A DNA stretch of 64,000 bases from Psammoneis japonica (lineage: Eukaryota), in the NCBI GenBank assembly GCA_008632985.1, contig QPGO01000031.1, forward strand, positions 248,001-312,000, read 5' to 3'. The stretch's first letter is position 1, and each line of letters starts with the position of its first letter. The notes beneath the pieces were generated by a model that ran no database searches, was not told where the DNA came from, and saw nothing but the letters and a program-made list of their open reading frames with translations. Positions 11,801 to 24,415 of this stretch are shown here, piece after piece. A program made the position numbers and the translations under genes.

Positions 11801-13365
11801 TGGACTGGAATCTGCTGGGAGATAAAGTGAAGGCTGGCTCTTTTTTTAACTACAATTTTCCGAACGCAGATTATCCCTCTGAGTCAGTTGCACTTTCTGG
11901 TAACTCCATGGTGCTTGCGATTGGGGGTGTTTTTTCCTCTTCTCCCGGGGTCCAGGTGTTCGTCTGGAATGAAACTAAAAAAGCATGGACGGAACGAGGA
12001 GCCGTAATTGTTGGAGTGGACGACGGAGACGTCGCGGGGTGGTCTGTCGATGTGTCTTTCGACGGATTAATTGTTGCAGTCGGAACAGGTATTGGAACCG
12101 CAGACGGGAAGAAAAGCCCTATTCGAGTGTTTCGGTGGAACGGAACAAACCACGAGCAGCTCTGGAATGACATCCCGGGTGGTGAAGCAAGTGCCATCTC
12201 CCTATCGGACGACGGATCGGCGTTGGCAGTTGGATTGCCGTTCTCCGAAGGCAACCGGGGAGGAAACACCATAGTCTATAACGTCCTATCTCCCACCGAC
12301 TGCGGTAATTTCTCTTCACTTTTTCGTCTGTCGATTACAGCGGATGACAGACCACATGAGATTAGTTGGGACCTCCGCAGGAATGGCGAAATCCTATTTG
12401 AAGGAGATTTTGGGTATGGGGAGGAGTTGAAATTCGCCACGCTTGTAGAAGAGGAGTGCTTGGCAATGGACGAATGCAGCATCTTTACAATATTCGATAT
12501 CAACGGCATCAAGCCGCCTGGGGGATACAACATATTTATAAATGGTTCAGAGCATGCCTCAGGAGGCAACTTTTCGTCGTTTGAAAGGATTTACATCGGT
12601 AATTGTTCATGTGATGAGGAACAGGAGCGATTTCGTGTTGATTTCAAAAGTCCTGCTGGGGTGCATTGGTCAATCGATGATGTAGCGAGTGGTCAAACCA
12701 TTATGCGGGGCTATGAAAACAACACACAGTCTCCTTTCGTAGCCATTGAAGAGGCTTGTGTCAATGCCAGTGACTGCTTGCAGCTTTCCTTCATCAAAAT
12801 CGGCAACAATAAAAGGACTGAATACGAGGTTTCCTTTGGAGAAGACGCCCCAGTCTTTAGTGGATATCTGTTTGAGAATGACACGGCGAGGCACAACCTC
12901 ACCACATGCTCTGACGTTCCACCCCCAGTCCTTACCGAATGCGATGCCGGTAAAGTGCCTGTTCGCATTGAAGTGACGCAAAAGGTTAAAGTTGTGGCAG
13001 AAGATGGGTCCATTCGCTTTCACGATTACAGGGCGCCATGGTTCCTTCTCAGTCATAATTCCTCACAGGGTAGTGAAGTGACGGGGACGGTCCTGTTGAG
13101 AAGTGCTCCAGGGGACCCAACGAAGTTTAATCGGACAGTCGTGGAGCAAGTATGCGTGACGACGGAAGAATGTCTTCAATTTTCTTTCGGGTATGAAAGG
13201 TATCCGTCTAATCACACTGATGTTGGAAACCAAACTGATTTTGGAACCGACACGCCTGGAGACTATAGGCTGGTTTATGATGAAGAGGATATCACAGCGT
13301 GGGATGAGAAACCTCAGTATTTTGGAAATTGCACCAACATGACGCTTCCATCCTTGGTTCCATAA
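8855..13365 (+). CDS. Large multi-pass membrane protein with EGF-like, LNR/Notch-like and beta-propeller-like extracellular domains (one frameshift at about 9470-9600)
   Basis: N-terminal TM helices, EGF motifs (CECKDGWLGLEC, CKNNGTCVEGACKC), LNR-like GNGRCDVYLNTPEFGFDGGDCC, and repeated S(V/L)xLSxDGxxLAVG blades. The frame of the 9697 ORF is open back to 9472 and carries a TM segment (KWFSSVILRFCEGALCL). Confidence 0.75.
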
Positions 13366-13977
13366 TGCGCAAGTTAGGTTCAGAACATGTGCATGTCCTA
13401 CACGTTGAACTGGCCGGTAGAACTCGTCAAATTCACCGGGGATTTGGGGTAATCGATGTATGTTGTCCATTGCAACTCGCACGTTGCTGTTTTCTTGAAT
13501 TGATCGCTGGGGCTGGCTTGGGTGCGACGCACCACAAAGTGTGATTGTTCGCAGCGCGCACAAGGTGGCCATGCATTTTACATATTTACACGTTTCTTTT
13601 TAGATGGGTTGCCAGTCCTGCTGGCACCCGACTCTTGAGAGAGCCAAGAGCATGGCAAGTGAGGGATGAGTTTTAAATGAAAATGTATAGTTTCGCGTTA
13701 CTTATATCATTTCGTCCTCTCCGGAATTATAAGTTCTCAGAGTCGCTCGAGATTCAAATACCCCGAGCGAGTAGACTCTACCGGTAGCTACTAGAGAGGA
13801 ATAGACTGGTCGTGAAAACGCTTTGGTGCTTCGCAAGAAAGATGCGCGCGCAGACAGACAGACAGACAGACCTAAAAGATCCAAAAGATATCCTCCAATT
13901 ATCCAGGCCGCGCAGACGAAGCGACGACCACCCAAACTGAAAACGACGAAAAAGAACGACATTGCAACAAAAACAAC

Positions 13978-15876
13978 ATGAGTAGTCCAAACAAAAAGCA
14001 AAAGACAGTAGACCTTGAAACGGTAGCGAAAGAGGCGTGGGATCATTATCGAAACTTTCTCGATTCGGTACAAGGCACTGACGAAGACGACGTTGAGGGA
14101 ATTGGCGATGTCGATGAATTGCAAGAACTCTTGTCGCTCGTCGAGCCGCATTTGGAAGGGACGACAATAACAACAAAAAAGGTATTCTTGAAGTCCAAAG
14201 CTGACAAGGACTCTCTTGTGGAGTATCTTGTCAAGGAGTATCGATCCGTCACGGCCCTGTTGCCGGTGCTTTGTTCGGTGGCACACTATCATTTGGCAGA
14301 CGTTGCAATTGTAGAAACCGTCGATCAACAAGAACAGTCGAAACAAAAGCAACAAGAACCGATCCTTTATTTGCAAAAGAGTTTACAATATTTTCCGTCG
14401 AATGCCAAATGCTGGTCAGTCGGTGCCAACTATGGACGCATGACACAGTGCATGTCACCTTCCATGGTTTGTCGATGGTACGAGCAAGCCGCCACATCTG
14501 CTTGGGCCTTGAGAACCGCGGCTCTGCAGTTGCTGGATGGACCCGACGAAGCGACAGATCCATTCGTCAAGGAGTGGATTGAGTTGCTTTTTTTAGATGG
14601 CATGGCTGACTCGGAGTATGTAACCATGGAAAATGGGGATGAAGAACCAAACCAAGAAGATGAAGAAGAAATGGGCTACTTCTCCGCGTCACAGGTGGAA
14701 GCCGTGTCTCGCTTCATGTCATCCATGCTACTAAGCACCGCCGACAAACACGACGAGGCACTTGAGCAGTTGCAGCAATTTGATTGGACCCATCGCTTGC
14801 ATCCAAACGTTTGGAAGGGTCCTTCAGACAATACAACTACGCCACAGCCGAGCAACAATGATTCTCGAGCTCCGGTGGTTTACCCAAACAACGTCTTGCC
14901 CGAGCACTTGTACCAGCGCTTGTGCAAGGTGTTTGCTCCAGAGTCAAAGTATTGGATCGAGGCTGACTATGCTCACAATGGATACTTCTCCTATTTCATG
15001 GACATTTCTCCAAACGCAAAACCCACCAACGTGATCGAAGACGTGATTTACAATCACTTGCTGCCTCGCGCCAAACAGCAACTAAACCAAGGCGACGATG
15101 CCATTGTCGGTGCCGAGTGGTGGGTCCACACACGTCCCATCAAAGCCAATTTGGGTCATAATTTGCACTTTGATACAGACGAAGCACTCCTGGCGCAAGA
15201 AGGTGCCATTAAACACCCGCTTTGGTCTTCCGTCTTGTACTTGACTGGAAATGACAACAAAGGTTCGTCATGCCCGGCGGGATCCACCATTGTTTTGAAT
15301 CAAACACCAGACTCGGACAAGATTGCCGACTATTGTTGGACATGTAAACCGCGAGACAATACCTTTATGCTGTTTCCTGGAAACTTGTTGCATGGGGTGC
15401 TGCCGTGTCCTGGGGAATCAGAGAATGACGACGACCAAGACGACGACACGGATGAAATCGATTGGGATCAGCTCGCCGCCAAGGCAAGCACAAAAACTAA
15501 GGCACCGCCTGGTCATCGGTTGACCTTTATGGTTGGGTTCTGGACGAGACGTGTTCCAGAGAAAATGAAGGAACGTCGTCTCTACGGTCCATGTGGTCCC
15601 TTGCCACCCGTCACGAGCGACCACACTTGGGTTTCAGAGATTACCAAGGGCTACAACGAGGAGATCGAACGCACACCAGTAGAAATTTCACCTCGAGATT
15701 GCATTCCATTGCACAAGGTCCATCCAGCCTGGGAGAGTATTCCGCCTCATCCTGATCGTCGAGATGAAATAGATAATCCTCTGCTGCAACTCCCAAGCAG
15801 TGCCCAACGAATTGATCACCGATTCTTTGTCAAGGGACCACCAAAATGCTTTCACGACAGTCTCTTTGATCCATAA
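13978..15876 (+). CDS. Hypothetical protein, helical-repeat N-terminus plus probable 2OG-Fe(II) oxygenase-like domain
   Basis: 632-aa ORF with HxD (LHFDTDE), SSVLYL, a distal His (FPGNLLHGVLP) and RLTFM in the 2OG-dioxygenase order. Confidence 0.65.
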   Translation: MSSPNKKQKTVDLETVAKEAWDHYRNFLDSVQGTDEDDVEGIGDVDELQELLSLVEPHLEGTTITTKKVFLKSKADKDSLVEYLVKEYRSVTALLPVLCSVAHYHLADVAIVETVDQQEQSKQKQQEPILYLQKSLQYFPSNAKCWSVGANYGRMTQCMSPSMVCRWYEQAATSAWALRTAALQLLDGPDEATDPFVKEWIELLFLDGMADSEYVTMENGDEEPNQEDEEEMGYFSASQVEAVSRFMSSMLLSTADKHDEALEQLQQFDWTHRLHPNVWKGPSDNTTTPQPSNNDSRAPVVYPNNVLPEHLYQRLCKVFAPESKYWIEADYAHNGYFSYFMDISPNAKPTNVIEDVIYNHLLPRAKQQLNQGDDAIVGAEWWVHTRPIKANLGHNLHFDTDEALLAQEGAIKHPLWSSVLYLTGNDNKGSSCPAGSTIVLNQTPDSDKIADYCWTCKPRDNTFMLFPGNLLHGVLPCPGESENDDDQDDDTDEIDWDQLAAKASTKTKAPPGHRLTFMVGFWTRRVPEKMKERRLYGPCGPLPPVTSDHTWVSEITKGYNEEIERTPVEISPRDCIPLHKVHPAWESIPPHPDRRDEIDNPLLQLPSSAQRIDHRFFVKGPPKCFHDSLFDP

Positions 15877-15935
15877 GGATAGGTAGAGTGGAAAGCATAA
15901 CATATATAAGACTTTACGGAAGGACGTTCAAGAAC

Positions 15936-16829
15936 TCATGATAGACATAGTTTCTGCTCCAGAAACCATATTGGTACTTCCAGCCCGACGCAAGGGTAGT
16001 AGTGCCCAAGAGTAGACGAAGGTATCCATGGCACCATTGCGGTTGATACTTGACGAAGCAGTACAAGACAGCATGCTTGTAGTAGCACACCAACAGCAAG
16101 TGGCAACACATTTACATGTAGCGGGCTAGTCTTTCGTTGCTGTTGCATCACCACGGAAACAGCCATGCCTTGGTATGTTTGGAGATACAAAGAACCCAAG
16201 AGTCGCACCGTTGGCGTGTTTTCCCAAATCAGTACCAATACCACCACGACATTCAAGGTCATGGGTAGTAGAATTGCCAAATAGAGTCTCCACAAAAGCA
16301 GTCTCGTCTTGTTTTTGTCTTCTCTGCATCTTCGTCTTGAAAACCACAGCGCAGCCACGCATGTTCCACCCCACAAGAGCACAACTTGGAGTAACGAAAT
16401 CAGAAACAATTCTGAAAAGACTCCTGTATTTGAAGTCTTTGATAGAATAGTAGAGCTCTCCCGTTGACTGTGCAGTAATGCTTCCCACTTGAGGTATGTT
16501 CCAAGCATGACGGATGCAATAACATACTGAATGGCCTTGCGCGATGAAATCACAAATTCAAAATCACTGTTTGCCACAGAGCCGTTGAACTGAATTCGAT
16601 TCAAAAGGACATGACGATAGGCTCCAACTCGAAGCAAGATGCAATCCATAATCACCAAGAGCCATTCGCGTTCAATGTATGGATCCACCGTCTTGTGACA
16701 GCGTTTGCATGTTGCTAGTTTGATGGAGGATGTGGACTGCGTGTACTGGCGGTACAGGGCAGAACACGGTTCAAGGCATTCAATACAGTAATATGTGCTT
16801 GTTGGGTGTGAAGAAGAAGAGTCCGCCAT
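15936..16829 (-). CDS. ARV1: ARV1-like ER lipid/GPI homeostasis protein
   Basis: N-terminal Arv1 homology zinc motif CIEC...LYRQY...IKLATCKRCHKTVDPYIE followed by TM segments. Confidence 0.85.
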   Translation of the reverse strand: MADSSSSHPTSTYYCIECLEPCSALYRQYTQSTSSIKLATCKRCHKTVDPYIEREWLLVIMDCILLRVGAYRHVLLNRIQFNGSVANSDFEFVISSRKAIQYVIASVMLGTYLKWEALLHSQRESSTILSKTSNTGVFSELFLISLLQVVLLWGGTCVAALWFSRRRCREDKNKTRLLLWRLYLAILLPMTLNVVVVLVLIWENTPTVRLLGSLYLQTYQGMAVSVVMQQQRKTSPLHVNVLPLAVGVLLQACCLVLLRQVSTAMVPWIPSSTLGHYYPCVGLEVPIWFLEQKLCLS

Positions 16830-17131
16830 TGTGGTAGTGGTACGAAAGAAACGCCGCCGCCGCTGAAGTTCACGTCGTCATTGTCAAAAAAAAAGAGATT
16901 TGGGCGGATTGAAGATCTGGATCATAAATCGTTCGTCCATCCATCCGGCCAGGGAGCGAAAGTTTGTGCACCTGTTCTCAATACCCAAACTGAATCAGAG
17001 GTTAATTATTATATAAAAAAGTTGCTATTTTTATATTTCATAATGCTCTTTTTCGTATTTGTTATAAGGGAACAGATCAATTCGTTTTTGGCGAAGAAGG
17101 CTGAAGGCACAATATAAGTAAGCAATCGACA

Positions 17132-18211
17132 ATGGGCACGTCGGCAAGCAAAGCGAAAAGCAGTGATGTACCCATTATCCCGAATGTAGTACTATTGGGA
17201 TCTGCACAAGATGGAGGAGTGCCGCAAGGTTAGAATTCATGCTTTCACCATTTTTACATGAATTTTGACTTTTGCAAGTTGTGCTCACTTTTTCGTGCAA
17301 AAAAATTGGCGACGCTTGTTATTGTAGCTGGATGTTGCTGTCAGCGGTGTTTAGACGTTCATGAGGGTCGGTCACCCGAGTTGTATCCAGTTGCTCTTGG
17401 AATTACAGACGCAGATGGCAACTTTCATTTGATAGAGGCTAGTCGCACAATTGCAAGACAGTTGTGGGTGTGGTCAAATGCGTTGGAATCCAAGCCAGAT
17501 CTCAAGCATCTGTCTTCAAACATTCATTCTCTTTGCATCACCCACTTGCATTTGGGACACGTGGATGGACTGGGTCAGTTTGGAAAGGAAATTATGAATC
17601 GTCATGGCGTGCGTCTCATGACAAGCAGGGCTGTATTAGATGTGTTGGTTCGGCGTGGGACCAAACAGTTGGAACCTTTTTCACCTCATCCCATTCCGAA
17701 CCAAGACGACGATACAAAGGTTCCTAGTCTTGTTCTGGGTCGAGGTGTGTCTGTAGAGTTTCATCGTGTTCCTCATCGCGACTACGAGGGAATCGGTGAT
17801 ATGCACGCCATTGTCATTCGAGGCACGCGCAAGAGTATACTGTTTTTACCAGACCACGACACGTGGGAGCAAACTTTGGGATTGCACAAGGCAGAATCGA
17901 TTCGTGCATGGTTAAAGGCACTAAACATTCAAGTGGCACTGTTGGATGGGACCTTTTGGAGTTTGGATGAAATCGATGGAGGAGGCCATAAACGAGACTA
18001 CAAGACCATACCGCATCCTCCCATTTCGCAAACCATCAAAATGCTCGGCCCGAAACGAATGAAAAGCACCGACGAGGAGGGCGATCCTGATATCTATTTC
18101 ATACACTTGAACCATACAAATCCAGCAATTAACAATGAAAAGATTAAAAATCAGATTGAAGATCTTGGATGGAGAATCGGGAAGCAAGGGCAGATCTGGC
18201 AACTCGGATAA
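17132..18211 (+). CDS. PqqB-like metallo-beta-lactamase-fold protein (intron at about 17229-17327)
   Basis: The spliced N-terminus gives LLGSAQDGGVPQAGCCCQRC. Also THLHLGHVDG, VPHR, LDGTFW and IHLNHTNP motifs. Confidence 0.8.
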
Positions 18212-18397
18212 AACGACGATACGTATTAGAAGACTCAGTGATCATGCCGTTCACCACCAATTCTAAGTTATAAGATGAGTTCTATTGTTCGTGTGTTCAT
18301 GTCGTTGTGATGATATCTTCTAGTCAGAAGACCCGCCCTTCATAGCAATGCCTCCTTCAGCTGCCCCGTACTTGATATTGCAAAGGGGTTGTCATAG

Positions 18398-18777
18398 CTA
18401 ATGAGTTGCTCCCCTCTCAATTAATAGCTGAACCACTTCTTCGTGTCCATTTCTCTCAGCGCATTCCTTTGGTGTCAAGTCTTCTGTGTTGTGCTCCACA
18501 ACGTTTGCCCCATGATCAATCAGTATCAACACGGTGCTCAAGTGCCCGTTGCGGCAGGCCCAATGCAACGGTGTGCTACCAAAGGCATTCTTAATATCCA
18601 CACGAGCTCCCTGATTCAAAAGAAACGTGACAACTTCATCGTGACCCATTTCAGCAGCACCAAATATAGGGGCCCAACCCTCTTTGTTCTTCATATTCAC
18701 GTCGGCACCAGTCTGTACAGTTGCTGCACTTGTTCCAGGTCACCCGCTTGCGCAGCGACACAAAGCGGAGAATCCAT
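18398..18777 (-). CDS. Small ankyrin-repeat protein (single-base frameshift near 18715)
   Basis: MDSPLCVAAQAGDLEQV in one frame joins GADVNMKNKEGWAPIF...GSTPLHWAC in the next. About 4 ankyrin repeats. Confidence 0.8.
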
Positions 18778-19365
18778 ACTATGATGTCGTTCTCTCGACG
18801 AGCAAAATAAACCGTAAGAACTGGAGCTGAAAACGGTTTCTGGAGTAAGTTGATGATGCCTGCAGAAACAAAAAGGCGGCAACTTATATTCGGCTCCAGT
18901 CTCCCGTCGTTGTCACCTTCTCATCGACTGTTCGTGTGGTTGATGTGTTTCTTTCAGGATTTTGGAATTTTCGATTTTATAGAGCAAGGATGTGCAACGT
19001 CATCATGACGCAGGACGGACCGGCGGTGGGACTTACGTTTTTGATTTGATTTTTCCTGTCAGGAACGACTACTGTATTTGGTAATGAAAGACTAACTTTT
19101 CCGACGAGTAACCACTCTCTCTAGGGTAGAGAGTTATGGTGTTAGCCGGGTAAGGGCTAGTGCAGTAGTTCTCGCACGGTGTCTGCGGCCATCATGACAT
19201 GAGGGTGCATGCGACCAGCAGTCACGACAGTCTCGACCACTCGAGCAGGGGTGCAGTTGCGTAAAAACTATGTGATGAAATGCAAGTAGACTTCATTAAA
19301 CATTCTCTTAGCTAGAGACGGAGCTCTCGTGACACCGGTAGTTCACATGAAGAACTGTTCATTTC

Positions 19366-19863
19366 TCATAGTTCTTCAGAGACGGGTTTCATTTTGCAAA
19401 CCGCATTCTTGTCGTTGTAGATTCTCGCAAAGGCGGCTGCCAGCGGCTTGGAAGATATGCTACCAATTTTCTCACCATTAACTTCAAGGGACAGTTTACC
19501 GCCTCTTGTACCAAACGCCAAGTTGGTTCCCTTTTTCGCTCCATTCGGCAACCCACCTTGAGGAGGCTTTCAAACTCGCTGACACTGGATGAATCGCTGC
19601 ATCGAGGTTTGAGAGCATCGGCAAGGGCAGCTGACATTTTATCGGCACCAACGCCATGAGAATTTTGAGTAAAAAGGTCTCGTCGCCGTACTGGCCAACA
19701 GCATACACCTTGATGGGACCTTTGGTCCGTACACCGAGTTTTGAGAGCCCAGATCCTTTGAATTTTTCCGGAAAAGCGATGCCTGTTCGGGGCTCCTTGA
19801 CAGCCAAGGTGACTCCCAAGAGCAGCAACAGAACGAAAGAGGACAGCAAGGAAAGCTCTTCAT
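19366..19863 (-). CDS. Chalcone-isomerase-fold (fatty-acid-binding-like) secreted or organellar protein, frameshifted
   Basis: Signal peptide, EPRTGIAFP, GVRTKGPIKVYAVG and LAAAFARIY.DKNAV are spread over three frames (breaks at about 19655 and 19553). Confidence 0.7.
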
Positions 19864-20376
19864 GGTCAGGGTGGCGGTGATGTCAAGAAATAATAGTGTT
19901 ATCGTCAACGTTCCAACGTGCGTGCTTTGTGCTTTACAATAGCTTTGCGATTGCATCCGTCAGTAAGTCCATCGCCCGTCATGATCATTCCCTTCCCTTT
20001 GCGTGCAAATTTCAAAAATGCGCGGGAAAATATGTTTTTATTCGTTATGGAAATATTTCATTGATTTTACTATCAGAAATATATGATTAGATACACTTGA
20101 TATATGAATGTTACAGCGATATTCGACCGTTGAGTTACTTATGGACCGTGATCGACAAAAGGAAATTGTTATCGCTCTTCACAAGACTGGTGGCAATGTT
20201 GCTGAAAACAACTGCTACCTTTACAGAAGCGCCGACGTCAACGCAGCCAATACAACTGATGCTGACTAAAGGTGTTGCTAGATGAGAGGAGACGAAGTGT
20301 AAACGTTTTCTTGCTCTGTTGTGGGGCTGAAGTTGTTTAAACAAGCGTAGATCAGAACTAAGAAACAGAGGGAAAA

Positions 20377-23300
20377 ATGGAGCAAACTGGTCGCGTTGAA
20401 CAACAGGACTCGTTACCACCACCAGAAATGTACGAAACATCCGTGTCAACCAGTGCATCAGCCTCATGGAGTACTGCTGGTTCGAGGCGAATGGCTAGTC
20501 AGTCGCAGAACAGTCAGCAGTCAAAGCAGCAGAAACAGCAGTTCAGACAATATCGAGGAACGACTAAATCTCCTTATAGAGGGCAAAAGAAAAGCATCAC
20601 TCCACCACCAGGTGCGAAGCCTACGCCGAGGTTGCACTCTCAGGAACCAGCAAATAATGGGAGAAGCAACGAGTGGGGTCATGCCACACTTCCGCAGTCA
20701 ACTCATGGTTCAAGCGCACGTTATCGAAATCAGTACAATCGATCTCCTCATTCAGGCAGCCGCGATTCATCTGGGTCTCAGAAACAGAATGGTTTGAGTA
20801 ATTACGCGGCACGACTTGAAAATGCTCGTCGTCGTGGAGGGGCCTCAAGCCCCGTGATGAGTGAACCCAATTTTCCCACAGCTCCTGCCTCGAATGCTGC
20901 TACTAGTAGATCCAGATTAGCGGCGCACACGAGTCGTTATGCATCGCGGTCTCCTCCCCTTCAAGACACGTTGTCGCACCGTTCGACGAACAGAGCGGGA
21001 GTCCGTCAGTATCAGAGCGAATTCAAAAGTTCAATGGGCGTCGTTCACCATATTATGACCATCCATCTTATGCTTATCCTGATGAACAGCAACATCGGCA
21101 ACAAATGTACATGGAGCAGCAGAATCAAATGTACCAGTCGAGACAACATCAACAGCAGCAGCGGCGCTCACCTCAGCACATGTATAACTCCAGACAGCAG
21201 GAGGCACCACAACCCACTCCAAACAGAGCCAGTGAAATGGGAAACAGATATGAGTCGTCAGAGGATCCACATTATGAAAATGCTGGAATGCCTCGGCACC
21301 AATTGAATCACGGTATGGGGGGAGATGTTCACCCTTCGAGGGGACGCACGCCTCAACGGCAAATGGCTCCGCCTGACCCTCATCAATATGCCGCAAACCA
21401 TGATGGTATGCGGTACGACGCACCTCACAATAGAAATCGTGCTGCAACAACTGAGGATATTCCTTCGCGTTATTCCTTGAACAACACATTTGACAGCTCA
21501 ATAGAAACCCCGTCGTTGGCCTCTGTGAACGAGTTGCGTCAGCGGCTATGGGACGAACAGGAGGCTCTCCAGGTTGCTGTTAAACCATCCTTGTCACAAC
21601 ATGGTGACGCAGTGGCATATTGGTATGATGGACCTGAAATGGCTGGACGACAGGGTCAGCGAGTCCACAGTGTCCAACACTCGCGACAACGCATGTCCCG
21701 GTCTCTATCTCCGGATCGCCCACAATACAGAAATCGTCGACAACAAAATCCGAATCGCTCATTGTCTGAGATTCCACAGCGGCAAATACAGCCACAACAA
21801 CAAATTCCCCGTAATGAAACCGTGAGTGCAAGTGGCGCTGGAACAGAACGGGACACGGGGGCTGTCTTCAAGTCTAGGTTTTATCAAGCGGCAATCGCAG
21901 CACGACGAAGTGGTCAACCGCCATCGCGAATGCTATCCGCAGACAAACCCAATACAGAAGGTGGTGTGGGCTGGTCAGACTCTCGCACGCAGCAGCCCCG
22001 TTCCATGCCAGACCCAGCCACTGCACCGTCGCCGTCCCCTGTTAACCGGCCAAATTCGGTATCTCCGATGCAACACAAAGAGCAGCAGCAGTTCATTATT
22101 GAAAGTGAAAGCGGGATAGAACGGGTGTATTCACAGGATCCAACCAATGCTGGTTCAGATGGCAGTTCTGTGGCGCGGCTTGTGCAACAGTTGACTTCGA
22201 TTGATCGTAAGAATCCGGAGGCGGCACTTCAACAGATCGATTCCATCCTTCGTGCCGAAAGCTTGAGCTCGTCAGGACCTAGTCCATCCCCTCAAAACAT
22301 TCCATCTAAGGCGACCCGATTGTCAGGTTACGTTAAGGATCAATATGTCCCTATCGAACCTCAGCAGAGTCACGAGCCAGTAAGCAAAGCTACAACAGAA
22401 GAAGAAGAAGAAGAAGAAGAAGAAGAGGAAACATCGGATGACGAGGACAGTGATGATGAGACGAGTGTTTCATCTATAACAAACCCCACGTATATGAGTT
22501 TCAGGCCAAAGACTGGCGAGGCCGAACAGACAGCGCATGTTCCTGACATCTCGACATCTGTTCATAACCTTCCTCGTCCCAATGCGCTTCAAATGTACGG
22601 GCAGCAGCAGCAGCCAGCAGCCTATCAAGAACCAGTCCGTCGCAGATCCAGTAGGAAGAAGGGCCCGCGAACACCGCCTCCAGATACAATCAAGGTCAAG
22701 CCCTCCTCGAGCAACAAGGCTGAAGAGACAAATGATTCTGGAAACACTACTACTCCTCAGTCGCAGCAAACTTTGTTAAAACCACCGCCCACAGAAGGCG
22801 ACAATAATGCCGCGTCCATTGCACTCAAGATTCGCGGTTGGGATGACACGTCAAACCCCAGCACGTCCGAAGCTCGGTCCTCTACTGGTCGCCCTATACC
22901 AAATTCACCCGGTGAGAGCTCCAGAAGTAGGGCGAGCGAATCGTATTTGTCAACCGTGAATACAGATGATCTTGGATCCCTCATGACACCCTCCGAAGGT
23001 GGAAGTAAGGTCCGGCGTTCTCATCCTTGGGATGACGTATTGTCAGTGGAGCCCAAAAAATCGGACAAACCGGGAGACAAGTCCTCTGATGCGGATACAT
23101 CCTTTTCGAAGAACGAGGAGCAGAAGCACGCACAAGATATGTCGGATAGCTTTGATGAGGCTTGGGTTTCCTTGCCACCCAACGCGTTCTTTTCTGGAGC
23201 AACCACCACAAGCAACACCACACCTAGACGGACGGAATCCCCGCGGTTCGCTACACCCATGCCGGAACCCGACGTTCGTCCCCAGCCGAGTCCTTCTTCT

Positions 23301-23903
23301 AGTTTTAGCCGTGCTCGTGCAGCGTTCATGTCTGCTCCAAAAACACCAAGCAGCGGCAGCACTGCTACTACTAGACCACGCAATCCTCCTGGACAACTAC
23401 CACAGTCTGTAGCGGACGCTTTTGCTGGAAAAGGCAATTTGCTATCAGATCCTTTTGCTGGAAAAGAGGAGTTGATACCAGATCCATTTGCCAGAAAAGA
23501 CGAGTTGATATCAGACCCATTTGCCGGAAAAGAAGACTTGCTATCAGATCCCTTTGCCGGAAAAGAAGATTTTTTTCCAACTGACGATAACACAGACGCC
23601 TTTTCGGATGTTGTTTGTTCACCATCACAGGCTCGTCGAAGCAAGCTCTTGGCCAAACTGCGCAGCAAGACTAGCAAGCAACAACAACATGACCCCGCGA
23701 CATTTGCGTCACCACCGACGTCGACTCGTAACAGAAAACCGCTGCTCAGTGATTTTGCACGAGATTCTGTGACTAATAACAGTGCTGCTGGTCGCAAAAA
23801 TAGACGAAAGTCCAAATCGCCCGGACGAGCTCGCATGGGTGGATCGGATGCTGGAGGTGGTAGCCGCGGATCCTTTTGGAGAAGAGGACGAACTGGTATC
23901 TAA
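20377..23903 (+). CDS. Large low-complexity (S/P/Q/R-rich) protein with C-terminal DPF repeats (frameshift at about 21037)
   Basis: ORFs 20377 and 21105 join by a single-base shift at atgggcgtcgt. Includes a poly-Glu tract and DPFAGK repeats. Confidence 0.7.
22398..22424 (+). repeat. (GAA)n coding microsatellite (poly-Glu)
   Basis: Run of gaa repeats. Confidence 0.9.
23415..23575 (+). repeat. 33-bp coding tandem repeat, 5 copies (D[A/P]FAGKxxL[L/I]S)
   Basis: DAFAGKGNLLS-DPFAGKEELIP-DPFARKDELIS-DPFAGKEDLLS-DPFAGKEDFF. Confidence 0.9.
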
Positions 23904-24415
23904 GAGATTTTACATTAAGTTTTAAAATAAGAATAGGACGATGGGTATTGGGAATTCGCAACAAAGGCACTGCTCGGAATGTGGCGGCACCTCGCGATAG
24001 TTCTAGCTCTACTCTAGAGCCGTTACTGCTGGTTTTACAGTGCGATGGCTTACACGACGTTCCAAGATACAAGTAACAGAAGCATGAGAAGCAAGCTATG
24101 GTACTCTACTCTCTCTAGAGTAGCTCTAGCTAGCTAGAGTAGAGAGAGAGTACGGTAGAGACTAATGTTGGTCCTGCGATTCGTCGAACATAAATATATC
24201 CAGCCATCAAAATAGTGTTTTATTGCTATCTGTTGTCGTGCAGAAGCACGAGCAAACAACATGAGAACAAAACAAATAAAATATTTAGATCCGAATAAAG
24301 CATATGATTTCATGTCTTCAGTCTTCGCGCGATGTCTCAGAACAACACAAACGATGAGATTGCACTACCGGTAGAGACTATTCTTTCTTCTTAAGGTACG
24401 CCGTTGTTCTAAATC

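Noticed and set aside
9470..21040. Single-base frameshifts in otherwise healthy genes (about 9500, 18715, 19553, 19655, 21037; also 63595, 63830) as programmed frameshifting
   Set aside because: No shared slippery site. They are scattered over unrelated genes and some lie in short homopolymers, so long-read assembly indel errors are the simpler explanation.
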